A stretch of DNA of 64,000 nucleotides, from NCBI GenBank assembly GCA_964016885.1, contig OZ024740.1:31496001-31560000 (forward strand), written 5' to 3'. The notes under the pieces were generated by a model. That model made no database searches and was not told where the DNA came from. It saw nothing but the letters and a program-made list of their open reading frames with translations. A program made the position numbers and the translations under genes. Each line of letters opens with the position of its first letter. The stretch's first letter is position 1. Origin of the DNA: Eledone cirrhosa (Eukaryota). Positions 28,601-43,600 of the stretch are shown one piece after another.

Positions 28601-31600
28601 CTGTAAAGTGGTTGTGTAGGTGTCATGACTAAAAACACCCAGTCCACACTGTAAAGTGGTTGTGTAGGTGTCATTACTAAAATCACCCAGTCCACACTGT
28701 AAAGTGGTTGTGTAGGTGTCATGACAAAAAGCACCCAGCACACACTGTAAAGTGGTTGTGTAGGTGTCATGACTAAAAGCACCCAGTCCACACTGTAAAG
28801 TGGTTGTGTAGGTGTCATTACTAAAATCACCCAGCACACACTGTAAAGTGGTTGTGTAGGTGTCATGACTAAAAGCACCCAGCACACACTGTAAAGTGGT
28901 TGTGTAGGTGTCATGACAAAAAGCACCCAGCACACACTGTAAAGTGGTTGTGTAGGTGTCATGACAAAAAGCACCCAGCACACACTGTAAAGTGGTTGTG
29001 TAGGTGTCATGGCAAAAAGCACCCAGCACACACTGTAAAGTGGTTGTGTAGGTGTCATGATAAAAAGCACCCACCACACACTGTAAAGTGGTTGTGTAGG
29101 TGTCATGACTAAAAGCACCCAGCACACACTGTAAAGTGGTTGTGTAGGTGTCATGACAAAAAGCACCCAGTCCACACTGTAAAGTGGTTGTGTAGGTGTC
29201 ATGACTAAAAGCACCCAGCACACACTGTAAAGTGGTTGTGTAGGTGTCATGACTAAAAGCACCCAGCACACACTGTAAAGTGGTTGTGTAGGTGTCATGA
29301 CTAAAAGCACCCAGCACACACTGTAAAGTGGTTGTGTAGGTGTCATGACTAAAAGCACCCAGTCCACACTGTAAAGTGGTTGTGTAGGTGTCATGACTAA
29401 AAGCACCCAGTCCACACTGTAAAGTGGTTGTGTAGGTGTCATGACAAAAAGCACACAGCACACACTGTAAAGTGGTTGTATAGGTGTCATGACAAAAAGC
29501 ACCCAGCACACACTGTAAAGTGGTTGTGTAGGTGTCATGACAAAAAGCACCCAGCACACACTGTAAAGTGGTTGTGTAGGTGTCATGACAAAAAGCACCC
29601 AGCACACACTGTAAAGTGGTTGTGTAGGTGTCATGACTAAAAGCACCCAGCACACACTGTAAAGTGGTTGTGTAGGTGTCATGACTAAAAGCACCCAGTC
29701 CACACTGTAAAGTGGTTGTGTAGGTGTCATGACAAAAAGCACCCAGCACACACTGTAAAGTGGTTGTGTAGGTGTCATGACAAAAAGCACCCAGTCCACA
29801 CTGTAAAGTGGTTGGGTAGGTGTCATGACAAAAAGCACCCAGTCCACACTGTAAAGTGGTTGTGTAGGTGTCATGACAAAAAGCACCCAGCACACACTGT
29901 AAAGTGGTTGTGTAGGTGTCATGACTAAAAACACCCAGTCCACACTGTAAAGTGGTTGTGTAGGTGTCATTACTAAAATCACCCAGTCCACACTGTAAAG
30001 TGGTTGTGTAGGTGTCATGACAAAAAGCACCCAGCACACACTGTAAAGTGGTTGTGTAGGTGTCATGACAAAAAGCACCCAGCACACACTGTAAAGTGGT
30101 TGTGTAGGTGTCATGACTAAAAGCACCCAGCACACACTGTAAAGTGGTTGTGTAGGTGTCATTACTAAAAGCACCCAGTCCACACTGTAAAGTGGTTGTG
30201 TAGGTGTCATGACAAAAAGCACCCAGCACACACTGTAAAGTGGTTGTGTAGGTGTCATGACAAAAAGCACCCAGTCCACACTGTAAAGTGGTTGGGTAGG
30301 TGTCATGACAAAAAGCACCCAGTCCACACTGTAAAGTGGTTGTGTAGGTGTCATGACAAAAAGCACCCAGCACACACTGTAAAGTGGTTGTGTAGGTGTC
30401 ATGACTAAAAACACCCAGTCCACACTGTAAAGTGGTTGTGTAGGTGTCATTACTAAAATCACCCAGTCCACACTGTAAAGTGGTTGTGTAGGTGTCATGA
30501 CAAAAAGCACCCAGCACACACTGTAAAGTGGTTGTGTAGGTGTCATGACAAAAAGCACCCAGCACACACTGTAAAGTGGTTGTGTAGGTGTCATGACTAA
30601 AAGCACCCAGCACACACTGTAAAGTGGTTGTGTAGGTGTCATTACTAAAAGCACCCAGTCCACACTGTAAAGTGGTTGTGTAGGTGTCATGGCAAAAATC
30701 ACCCAGCACACACTGTAAAGTGGTTGTGTAGGTGTCATGACAAAAAGCACCCAGCACACACTGTAAAGTGGTTGTGTAGGTGTCATGACTAAAAGCACCC
30801 AGCACACACTGTAAAGTGGTTGTGTAGGTGTCATGACAAAAAGCACCCAGCACACACTGTAAAGTGGTTGTGTAGGTGTCATGACTAAAAGCACCCACCA
30901 CACACTGTAAAGTGGTTGTGTAGGTGTCATGACTAAAAGCACCCAGTCCACACTGTAAAGTGGTTGTGTAGGTGTCATGACTAAAAGCACCCAGTCCACA
31001 CTGTAAAGTGGTTGTGTAGGTGTCATGACAAAAAGCACCCAGCACACACTGTAAAGTGGTTGTGTAGGTGTCATGACAAAAAGCACCCAGTCCACACTGT
31101 AAAGTGGTTGTGTAGGTGTCATGACAAAAAGCACCCAGTCCACACTGTAAAGTGGTTGTGCAGGTGTCATGACAAAAAGCACCCAGCACACACTGTAAAG
31201 TGGTTGTGTAGGTGTCATGACTAAAAACACCCAGTCCACACTGTTAAGTGGTTGTGTAGGTGTCATTACTAAAATCACCCAGTCCACACTGTAAAGTGGT
31301 TGTGTAGGTGTCATGACAAAAAACACCCAGTCCACACTGTAAAGTGGTTGTGTAGGTGTCATGACTAAAAGCACCCAGCACACACTGTAAACTGGTTGTG
31401 TAGGTGTCATGACTAAAAGCACCCAGCACACACTGTAAAGTGGTTGTGTAGGTGTCATGACTAAAAGCACCCAGTCCACACTGTAAAGTGGTTGTGTAGG
31501 TGTCATTACTAAAATCACCCAGCATACACTGTAAAGTGGTTGTGTAGGTGTCATGACTAAAAGCACCCAGCACACACTGTAAAGTGGTTGTGTAGGTGTC

Positions 31601-34600
31601 ATGACAAAAAGCACCCAGCACACACTGTAAAGTGGTTGTGTAGGTGTCATGACAAAAAGCACCCAGCACACACTGTAAAGTGGTTGTGTAGGTGTCATGG
31701 CAAAAAGCACCCAGCACACACTGTAAAGTGGTTGTGTAGGTGTCATGACAAAAAGCACCCACCACACACTGTAAAGTGGTTGTGTAGGTGTCATGACTAA
31801 AAGCACCCAGCACACACTGTAAAGTGGTTGTGTAGGTGTCATTACTAAAATCACCCAGTCCACACTGTAAAGTGGTTGTGTAGGTGTCATGACAAAAAGC
31901 ACCCAGCACACACTGTAAAGTGGTTGTGTAGGTGTCATGACAAAAAGCACCCAGCACACACTGTAAAGTGGTTGTGTAGGTGTCATGACTAAAAGCACCC
32001 AGCACACACTGTAAAGTGGTTGTGTAGGTGTCATGGCAAAAAGCACCCAGCACACACTGTAAAGTGGTTGTGTAGGTGTCGAGCAAAAAGCACCCAGCAC
32101 ACACTGTAAATGTGGTTGTGTAGGTGTCATGACAAAAAGCACCCAGCACACACTGTAAAGTGGTTGTGTAGGTGTCATGACTAAAAGCACCCAGCACACA
32201 CTGTAAAGTGGTTGTGTAGGTGTCATGACAAAAAGCACCCAGCACACACTGTAAAGTGGTTGTGTAGGTGTCATGACAAAAAGCACCCAGCACACACTGT
32301 AAAGTGGTTGTGTAGGTGTCATGACAAAAAGCACCCAGCACACACTGTAAAGTGGTTGTGTAGGTGTCATGACTAAAAGCACCCAGCACACACTGTAAAG
32401 TGGTTGTGTAGGTGTCATGACAAAAAGAACCCAGTCCACACTGTAAAGTGGTTGTGTAGGTGTCATGACAAAAAGCACCCAGCACACACTGTAAAGTGGT
32501 TGTGTAGGTGTCATGACTAAAAGCACCCAGCACACACTGTAAAGTGGTTGTGTAGGTGTCATGACAAAAAGCACCCAGCACACACTGTAAAGTGGTTGTG
32601 TGGGTGTCATGACAAAAAGCACCCAGCACACACTGTAAAGTGGTTGTGTAGGTGTCATGACAAAAAGCACCCAGCACACACTGTAAAGTGGTTGTGTAGG
32701 TGTCATGACAAAAAGCACCCAGCACACACTGTAAAGTGGTTGTGTAGGTGTCATGACTAAAAGCACCCAGTACACACTGTAAAGTGGTTGTGTAGGTGTC
32801 ATGACTAAAAGCACCCAGCACACACTGTAAAGTGGTTGTGTAGGTGTCATGACAAAAAGCACCCAGCACACACTGTAAAGTGGTTGTGTAGGTGTCATGA
32901 CTAAAAGCACCCAGTCCACACTGTAAAGTGGTTGTGTAGGTGTCATGACTAAAAGCACCCAGTCCACACTGTAAAGTGGTTGTGTTGGTGTCATGACAAA
33001 AAGCACCCAGCACACACTGTAAAGTGGTTGTGTAGGTGTCATGACAAAAAGCACCCAGCACACACTGTAAAGTGGTTGTGTAGGTGTCATGACTAAAAGC
33101 ACCCAGTCCACACTGTAAAGTGGTTGTGTAGGTGTCATGACTAAAAGCACCCAGCACACACTGTAAAGTGGTTGTGTAGGTGTCATGACAAAAAGCACCC
33201 AGCACACACTGTAAAGTGGTTGTGTAGGTGTCATGACTAAAAGCACCCAGTCCACACTGTAAAGTGGTTGTGTAGGTGTCATGACTAAAAGCACCCAGCA
33301 CACACTGTAAAGTGGTTGTGTAGGTGTCATGACTAAAAGCACGCAGCACACACTGTAAAGTGGTTGTGTAGGTGTCATGACTAAAAGCACCCAGCACACA
33401 CTGTAAAGTGGTTGTATAGGTGTCATGACAAAAAGCACCCAGCACACACTGTAAAGTGGTTGTGTAGGTGTCATGACTAAAAGCACCCAGCACACACTGT
33501 AAAGTGGTTGTGTAGGTGTCATGACAAAAAGCACCCAGCACACACTGTAAAGTGGTTGTGTAGGTGTCATGACAAAAAGCACCCAGTCCACACTGTAAAG
33601 TGGTTGTGTAGGTGTCATGACAAAAAGCACCCAGCATACACTGTAAAGTGGTTGTGTAGGTGTCATGACTAAAAGCACCCAGTCCACACTGTAAAGTGGT
33701 TGTGTAGGTGTCATGACTAAAAGCACCCAGCACACACTGTAAAGTGGTTGTGTAGGTGTCATGACTAAAAGCACCCAGTCCACACTGTAAAGTGGTTGTG
33801 TAGGTGTCATGACAAAAAGCACCCAGCACACACTGTAAAGTGGTTGTGTAGGTGTCATGACAAAAAGCACCCAGTCCACACTGTAAAGTGGTTGTGTAGG
33901 TGTCATGACTAAAAGCACCCAGCACACACTGTAAAGTGGTTGTGTAGGTGTCATGACTAAAATCACCCAGCACACACTGTAAAGTGGTTGTGTAGGTGTC
34001 ATGACTAAAAGCACCCAGCACACACTGTAAAGTGGTTGTGTAGGTGTCATGACTAAAAGCACCCAGTCCACACTGTAAAGTGGTTGTGTAGGTGTCATGA
34101 CAAAAAGCACCCAGCACACACTGTAAAGTGGTTGTGTAGGTGTCATGACTAAAAGCACCCAGCACACACTGTAAAGTGGTTGTGTAGGTGTCATGACTAA
34201 AAGCACCCAGTCCGCACTGTAAAGTGGTTGTGTAGGTGTCATGACTAAAAGCACCCAGCACACACTGTAAAGTGGTTGTGTAGGTGTCATGACTAAAAGC
34301 ACCCAGCACACACTGTAAAGTGGTTGTGTAGGTGTCATGACTAAAAGCACCCAGCACACACTGTAAAGTGGTTGTGTAGGTGTCATGACTAAAAGCACCC
34401 AGCACACACTGTAAAGTGGTTGTGTAGGTGTCATGACAAAAAGCACCCAGCACACACTGTAAAGTGGTTGTGTAGGTGTCATGACAAAAAGCACCCAGTC
34501 CACACTGTAAAGTGGTTGTGTAGGTGTCATGACAAAAAGCACCCAGCATACACTGTAAAGTGGTTGTGTAGGTGTCATGACTAAAAGCACCCAGTCCACA

Positions 34601-37600
34601 CTGTAAAGTGGTTGTGTAGGTGTCATGACTAAAAGCACCCAGCACACACTGTAAAGTGGTTGTGTAGGTGTCATGACTAAAAGCACCCAGTCCACACTGT
34701 AAAGTGGTTGTGTAGGTGTCATGACAAAAAGCACCCAGCACACACTGTAAAGTGGTTGTGTAGGTGTCATGACAAAAAGCACCCAGTCCACACTGTAAAG
34801 TGGTTGTGTAGGTGTCATGACTAAAAGCACCCAGCACACACTGTAAAGTGGTTGTGTAGGTGTCATGACAAAAAGCACCCAGCACACACTGTAAAGTGGT
34901 TGTGTAGGTGTCATGACTAAAAGCACCCAGCACACACTGTAAAGTGGTTGTGTAGGTGTCATGACTAAAAGCACCCAGTCCACACTGTAAAGTGGTTGTG
35001 TAGGTGTCATGACAAAAAGCACCCAGCACACACTGTAAAGTGGTTGTGTAGGTGTCATGACTAAAAGCACCCAGCACACACTGTAAAGTGGTTGTGTAGG
35101 TGTCATGACTAAAAGCACCCAGTCCACACTGTAAAGTGGTTGTGTAGGTGTCATGACTAAAAGCACCCAGCACACACTGTAAAGTGGTTGTGTAGGTGTC
35201 ATGACTAAAAGCACCCAGCACACACTGTAAAGTGGTTGTGTAGGTGTCATGACTAAAAGCACCCAGCACACACTGTAAAGTGGTTGTGTAGGTGTCATGA
35301 CTAAAAGCACCCAGTCCACACTGTAAAGTGGTTGTGTAGGTGTCATGACTAAAAGCACCCAGCACACACTGTAAAGTGATTGTGTAGGTGTCATGACTAA
35401 AAGCACCCAGTCCACACTGTAAAGTGGTTGTGTAGGTGTCATGACAAAAAGCACCCAGCACACACTGTAAAGTGGTTGTGTAGGTGTCATGACTAAAAGC
35501 ACCCAGCACACACTGTAAAGTGGTTGTGTAGGTGTCATGACTAAAAGCACCCAGTCCACACTGTAAAGTGGTTGTGTAGGTGTCATGACAAAAAGCACCC
35601 AGCACACACTGTAAAGTGGTTGTGTAGGTGTCATGACTAAAAGCACCCAGTCCACACTGTAAAGTGGTTGTGTAGGTGTCAAGACTAAAAGCACCCAGCA
35701 CACACTGTAAAGTGGTTGTGTAGGTGTCATGACAAAAAGCACCCAGTCCACACTGTAAAGTGGTTGTGTAGGTGTCATGACAAAAAGCACCCAGCACACA
35801 CTGTAAAGTGGTTGTGTAGGTGTCATGACTAAAAACACCCAGCACACACTGTAAAGTGGTTGTGTAGGTGTCATGACAAAAAGCACCCAGTCCACACTGT
35901 AAAGTGGTTGTGTAGGTGTCATTACTAAAATCACCCAGCACACACTGTAAAGTGGTTGTGTAGGTGTCATGGCAAAAAGCACCCAGCACACACTGTAAAG
36001 TGGTTGTGTAGGTGTCATGACTAAAAGCACCCAGCACACACTGTAAAGTGGTTGTGTAGGTGTCATGACAAAAAGCACCCAGCACACACTGTAAAGTGGT
36101 TGTGTAGGTGTCATGACTAAAAGCACCCAGCACACACTGTAAAGTGGTTGTGTAGGTGTCATGACAAAAAGCACCCAGCACACACTGTAAAGTGGTTGTG
36201 TAGGTGTCATGACTAAAAGCACCCAGCACACACTGTAAAGTGGTTGTGTAGGTGTCATGACTAAAAGCACCCAGCACACACTGTAAAGTGGTTGTGTAGG
36301 TGTCATGACTAAAAGCACCCAGCACACACTGTAAAGTGGTTGTGTAGGTGTCATGACTAAAAGCACCCAGCACACACTGTAAAGTGGTTGTGTAGGTGTC
36401 ATGACTAAAATCACCCAGTCCACACTGTAAAGTGGTTGTGTAGGTGTCATGACTAAAAGCACCCAGTCCACACTGTAAAGTGGTTGTGTAGGTGTCATGA
36501 CAAAAAGCACCCAGCACACACTGTAAAGTGGTTGTGTAGGTGTCATGACAAAAAGCACCCAGTCCACACTGTAAAGTGGTTGTGTAGGTGTCATGACAAA
36601 AAGCACCCAGTCCACACTGTAAAGTGGTTGTGCAGGTGTCATGACAAAAAGCACCCAGCACACACTGTAAAGTGGTTGTGTAGGTGTCATGACTAAAAAC
36701 ACCCAGTCCACACTGCAAAGTGGTTGTGTAGGTGTCATGACAAAAAGCACCCAGCACACACTGTAAAGTGGTTGTGTAGGTGTCATGACTAAAAGCACCC
36801 AGTCCACACTGTAAAGTGGTTGTGTAGGTGTCATGACTAAAAGCACCCAGCACACACTGTAAAGTGGTTGTGTAGGTGTCATTACTAAAATCACCCAGTC
36901 CACACTGTAAAGTGGTTGTGTAGGTGTCATGACAAAAAGCACCCAGCACACACTGTAAAGTGGTTGTGTAGGTGTCATGACTAAAAGCACCCAGTCCACA
37001 CTGTAAAGTGGTTGTGTAGGTGTCATGACTAAAAGCACCCAGCACACACTGTAAAGTGGTTGTGTAGGTGTCATTACTAAAATCACCCAGCACACACTGT
37101 AAAGTGGTTGTGTAGGTGTCATGACAAAAAGCACCCAGCACACACTGTAAAGTGGTTGTGTAGGTGTCATGACAAAAAGCACCCAGCACACACTGTAAAG
37201 TGGTTGTGTAGGTGTCATGACAAAAAGCACCCAGCACACACTGTAAAGTGGTTGTGTAGGTGTCATGGCAAAAAGCACCCAGCACACACTGTAAAGTGGT
37301 TGTGTAGGTGTCATGACAAAAAGCACCCAGCACACACTGTAAAGTGGTTGTGTAGGTGTCATGACAAAAAGCACCCAGCACACACTGTAAAGTGGTTGTG
37401 TAGGTGTCATGACAAAAAGCACCCAGCACACACTGTAAAGTGGTTGTGTAGGTGTCATGACTAAAAGCACCCAGCACACACTGTAAAGTGGTTGTGTAGG
37501 TGTCATGACAAAAAGCACCCAGCACACACTGTAAAGTGGTTGTGTAGGTGTCATGACTAAAAGCACCCAGCACACACTGTAAAGTGGTTGTGTAGGTGTC

Positions 37601-40600
37601 ATGACTAAAAGCACGCAGCACACACTGTAAAGTGGTTGTGTAGGTGTCATGACTAAAAGCACCCAGCACACACTGTAAAGTGGTTGTATAGGTGTCATGA
37701 CAAAAAGCACCCAGCACACACTGTAAAGTGGTTGTGTAGGTGTCATGACTAAAAGCACCCAGCACACACTGTAAAGTGGTTGTGTAGGTGTCATGACAAA
37801 AAGCACCCAGCACACACTGTAAAGTGGTTGTGTAGGTGTCATGACAAAAAGCACCCAGTCCACACTGTAAAGTGGTTGTGTAGGTGTCATGACAAAAAGC
37901 ACCCAGCATACACTGTAAAGTGGTTGTGTAGGTGTCATGACTAAAAGCACCCAGTCCACACTGTAAAGTGGTTGTGTAGGTGTCATGACTAAAAGCACCC
38001 AGCACACACTGTAAAGTGGTTGTGTAGGTGTCATGACTAAAAGCACCCAGTCCACACTGTAAAGTGGTTGTGTAGGTGTCATGACAAAAAGCACCCAGCA
38101 CACACTGTAAAGTGGTTGTGTAGGTGTCATGACAAAAAGCACCCAGTCCACACTGTAAAGTGGTTGTGTAGGTGTCATGACTAAAAGCACCCAGCACACA
38201 CTGTAAAGTGGTTGTGTAGGTGTCATGACTAAAATCACCCAGCACACACTGTAAAGTGGTTGTGTAGGTGTCATGACTAAAAGCACCCAGCACACACTGT
38301 AAAGTGGTTGTGTAGGTGTCATGACTAAAAGCACCCAGTCCACACTGTAAAGTGGTTGTGTAGGTGTCATGACAAAAAGCACCCAGCACACACTGTAAAG
38401 TGGTTGTGTAGGTGTCATGACTAAAAGCACCCAGCACACACTGTAAAGTGGTTGTGTAGGTGTCATGACTAAAAGCACCCAGTCCGCACTGTAAAGTGGT
38501 TGTGTAGGTGTCATGACTAAAAGCACCCAGCACACACTGTAAAGTGGTTGTGTAGGTGTCATGACTAAAAGCACCCAGCACACACTGTAAAGTGGTTGTG
38601 TAGGTGTCATGACTAAAAGCACCCAGCACACACTGTAAAGTGGTTGTGTAGGTGTCATGACTAAAAGCACCCAGCACACACTGTAAAGTGGTTGTGTAGG
38701 TGTCATGACAAAAAGCACCCAGCACACACTGTAAAGTGGTTGTGTAGGTGTCATGACAAAAAGCACCCAGTCCACACTGTAAAGTGGTTGTGTAGGTGTC
38801 ATGACAAAAAGCACCCAGCATACACTGTAAAGTGGTTGTGTAGGTGTCATGACTAAAAGCACCCAGTCCACACTGTAAAGTGGTTGTGTAGGTGTCATGA
38901 CTAAAAGCACCCAGCACACACTGTAAAGTGGTTGTGTAGGTGTCATGACTAAAAGCACCCAGTCCACACTGTAAAGTGGTTGTGTAGGTGTCATGACAAA
39001 AAGCACCCAGCACACACTGTAAAGTGGTTGTGTAGGTGTCATGACAAAAAGCACCCAGTCCACACTGTAAAGTGGTTGTGTAGGTGTCATGACTAAAAGC
39101 ACCCAGCACACACTGTAAAGTGGTTGTGTAGGTGTCATGACAAAAAGCACCCAGCACACACTGTAAAGTGGTTGTGTAGGTGTCATGACTAAAAGCACCC
39201 AGCACACACTGTAAAGTGGTTGTGTAGGTGTCATGACTAAAAGCACCCAGTCCACACTGTAAAGTGGTTGTGTAGGTGTCATGACAAAAAGCACCCAGCA
39301 CACACTGTAAAGTGGTTGTGTAGGTGTCATGACTAAAAGCACCCAGCACACACTGTAAAGTGGTTGTGTAGGTGTCATGACTAAAAGCACCCAGTCCACA
39401 CTGTAAAGTGGTTGTGTAGGTGTCATGACTAAAAGCACCCAGCACACACTGTAAAGTGGTTGTGTAGGTGTCATGACTAAAAGCACCCAGCACACACTGT
39501 AAAGTGGTTGTGTAGGTGTCATGACTAAAAGCACCCAGCACACACTGTAAAGTGGTTGTGTAGGTGTCATGACTAAAAGCACCCAGTCCACACTGTAAAG
39601 TGGTTGTGTAGGTGTCATGACTAAAAGCACCCAGCACACACTGTAAAGTGATTGTGTAGGTGTCATGACTAAAAGCACCCAGTCCACACTGTAAAGTGGT
39701 TGTGTAGGTGTCATGACAAAAAGCACCCAGCACACACTGTAAAGTGGTTGTGTAGGTGTCATGACTAAAAGCACCCAGCACACACTGTAAAGTGGTTGTG
39801 TAGGTGTCATGACTAAAAGCACCCAGTCCACACTGTAAAGTGGTTGTGTAGGTGTCATGACAAAAAGCACCCAGCACACACTGTAAAGTGGTTGTGTAGG
39901 TGTCATGACTAAAAGCACCCAGTCCACACTGTAAAGTGGTTGTGTAGGTGTCAAGACTAAAAGCACCCAGCACACACTGTAAAGTGGTTGTGTAGGTGTC
40001 ATGACAAAAAGCACCCAGTCCACACTGTAAAGTGGTTGTGTAGGTGTCATGACAAAAAGCACCCAGCACACACTGTAAAGTGGTTGTGTAGGTGTCATGA
40101 CTAAAAACACCCAGCACACACTGTAAAGTGGTTGTGTAGGTGTCATGACAAAAAGCACCCAGTCCACACTGTAAAGTGGTTGTGTAGGTGTCATTACTAA
40201 AATCACCCAGCACACACTGTAAAGTGGTTGTGTAGGTGTCATGGCAAAAAGCACCCAGCACACACTGTAAAGTGGTTGTGTAGGTGTCATGACTAAAAGC
40301 ACCCAGCACACACTGTAAAGTGGTTGTGTAGGTGTCATGACAAAAAGCACCCAGCACACACTGTAAAGTGGTTGTGTAGGTGTCATGACTAAAAGCACCC
40401 AGCACACACTGTAAAGTGGTTGTGTAGGTGTCATGACAAAAAGCACCCAGCACACACTGTAAAGTGGTTGTGTAGGTGTCATGACTAAAAGCACCCAGCA
40501 CACACTGTAAAGTGGTTGTGTAGGTGTCATGACTAAAAGCACCCAGCACACACTGTAAAGTGGTTGTGTAGGTGTCATGACTAAAAGCACCCAGCACACA

Positions 40601-43600
40601 CTGTAAAGTGGTTGTGTAGGTGTCATGACTAAAAGCACCCAGCACACACTGTAAAGTGGTTGTGTAGGTGTCATGACTAAAATCACCCAGTCCACACTGT
40701 AAAGTGGTTGTGTAGGTGTCATGACTAAAAGCACCCAGTCCACACTGTAAAGTGGTTGTGTAGGTGTCATGACAAAAAGCACCCAGCACACACTGTAAAG
40801 TGGTTGTGTAGGTGTCATGACAAAAAGCACCCAGTCCACACTGTAAAGTGGTTGTGTAGGTGTCATGACAAAAAGCACCCAGTCCACACTGTAAAGTGGT
40901 TGTGCAGGTGTCATGACAAAAAGCACCCAGCACACACTGTAAAGTGGTTGTGTAGGTGTCATGACTAAAAACACCCAGTCCACACTGCAAAGTGGTTGTG
41001 TAGGTGTCATGACAAAAAGCACCCAGCACACACTGTAAAGTGGTTGTGTAGGTGTCATGACTAAAAGCACCCAGTCCACACTGTAAAGTGGTTGTGTAGG
41101 TGTCATGACTAAAAGCACCCAGCACACACTGTAAAGTGGTTGTGTAGGTGTCATTACTAAAATCACCCAGTCCACACTGTAAAGTGGTTGTGTAGGTGTC
41201 ATGACAAAAAGCACCCAGCACACACTGTAAAGTGGTTGTGTAGGTGTCATGACTAAAAGCACCCAGTCCACACTGTAAAGTGGTTGTGTAGGTGTCATGA
41301 CTAAAAGCACCCAGCACACACTGTAAAGTGGTTGTGTAGGTGTCATTACTAAAATCACCCAGCACACACTGTAAAGTGGTTGTGTAGGTGTCATGACAAA
41401 AAGCACCCAGCACACACTGTAAAGTGGTTGTGTAGGTGTCATGACAAAAAGCACCCAGCACACACTGTAAAGTGGTTGTGTAGGTGTCATGACAAAAAGC
41501 ACCCAGCACACACTGTAAAGTGGTTGTGTAGGTGTCATGGCAAAAAGCACCCAGCACACACTGTAAAGTGGTTGTGTAGGTGTCATGACAAAAAGCACCC
41601 AGCACACACTGTAAAGTGGTTGTGTAGGTGTCATGACAAAAAGCACCCAGCACACACTGTAAAGTGGTTGTGTAGGTGTCATGACAAAAAGCACCCAGCA
41701 CACACTGTAAAGTGGTTGTGTAGGTGTCATGACTAAAAGCACCCAGCACACACTGTAAAGTGGTTGTGTAGGTGTCATGACAAAAAGCACCCAGCACACA
41801 CTGTAAAGTGGTTGTGTAGGTGTCATGACTAAAAACACCCAGTCCACACTGTAAAGTGGTTGTGTAGGTGTCATGACTAAAAGCACCCAGCACACACTGT
41901 AAAGTGGTTGTGTAGGTGTCATGACTAAAAGCACCCAGCACACACTGTAAAGTGGTTGTGTAGGTGTCATGACTAAAAGCACCCAGCACACACTGTAAAG
42001 TGGTTGTGTAGGTGTCATGACTAAAAGCACCCAGCACACACTGTAAAGTGGTTGTGTAGGTGTCATGACTAAAAGCACCCAGCACACACTGTAAAGTGGT
42101 TGTGTAGGTGTCATGACAAAAAGCACCCAGCACACACTGTAAAGTGGTTGTGTAGGTGTCATGACAAAAATCACCCAGCACACACTGTAAAGTGGTTGTG
42201 TAGGTGTCATGACAAAAAGCACCCAGCACACACTGTAAAGTGGTTGTGTAGGTGTCATGACTAAAAGCACCCAGCACACACTGTAAAGTGGTTGTGTAGG
42301 TGTCATGACAAAAAGCACCCAGCACACACTGTAAAGTGGTTGTGTAGGTGTCATGACAAAAAGCACCCAGCACACACTGTAAAGTGGTTGTGTAGGTGTC
42401 ATGGCAAAAAGCACCCAGCACACACTGTAAAGTGGTTGTGTAGGTGTCATGACTAAAAGCACCCACCACACACTGTAAAGTGGTTGTGTAGATGTCATGA
42501 CTAAAAGCACCCAGCACACACTGTAAAGTGGTTGTGTAGGTGTCATTTCAAAAAGCACCCAGCACACACTGTAAAGTGGTTGTGTAGGTGTCATGACAAA
42601 AAGCACCCACCACACACTGTAAAGTGGTTGTGTAGGTGTCATGACTAAAAGCACCCAGCACACACTGTAAAGTGGTTGTGTAGGTGTCATGACAAAAAGC
42701 ACCCAGCACACACTGTAAAGTGGTTGTGTAGGTGTCATGACTAAAAGCCCCCAGCACACACTGTAAAGTGGTTGTGTAGGTGTCATGACTAAAAGCACCC
42801 AGCACACACTGTAAAGTGGTTGTGTAGGTGTCATGACAAAAAGCACCCAGCACACACTGTAAAGTGGTTGTGTAGGTGTCATGACAAAAAGCACCCAGCA
42901 CACACTGTAAAGTGGTTGTGTAGGTGTCATGACTAAAAGCACCCACCACACACTGTAAAGTGGTTGTGTAGGTGTCATGACTAAAAGCACCCAGTCCACA
43001 CTGTAAAGTGGTTGTGTAGGTGTCATGACTAAAAGCACCCAGTCCACACTGTAAAGTGGTTGTGTAGGTGTCATGACAAAAAGCACCCAGCACACACTGT
43101 AAAGTGGTTGTGTAGGTGTCATGACAAAAAGCACCCAGTCCACACTGTAAAGTGGTTGTGTAGGTGTCATGACAAAAAGCACCCAGTCCACACTGTAAAG
43201 TGGTTGTGCAGGTGTCATGACAAAAAGCACCCAGCACACACTGTAAAGTGGTTGTGTAGGTGTCATGACTAAAAACACCCAGTCCACACTGTAAAGTGGT
43301 TGTGTAGGTGTCATTACTAAAATCACCCAGTCCACACTGTAAAGTGGTTGTGTAGGTGTCATGACAAAAAACACCCAGTCCACACTGTAAAGTGGTTGTG
43401 TAGGTGTCATGACTAAAAGCACCCAGCACACACTGTAAAGTGGTTGTGTAGGTGTCATGACTAAAAGCACCCAGCACACACTGTAAAGTGGTTGTGTAGG
43501 TGTCATGACTAAAAGCACCCAGCACACACTGTAAAGTGGTTGTGTAGCTGTCATTACTAAAATCACCCAGCATACACTGTAAAGTGGTTGTGTAGGTGTC

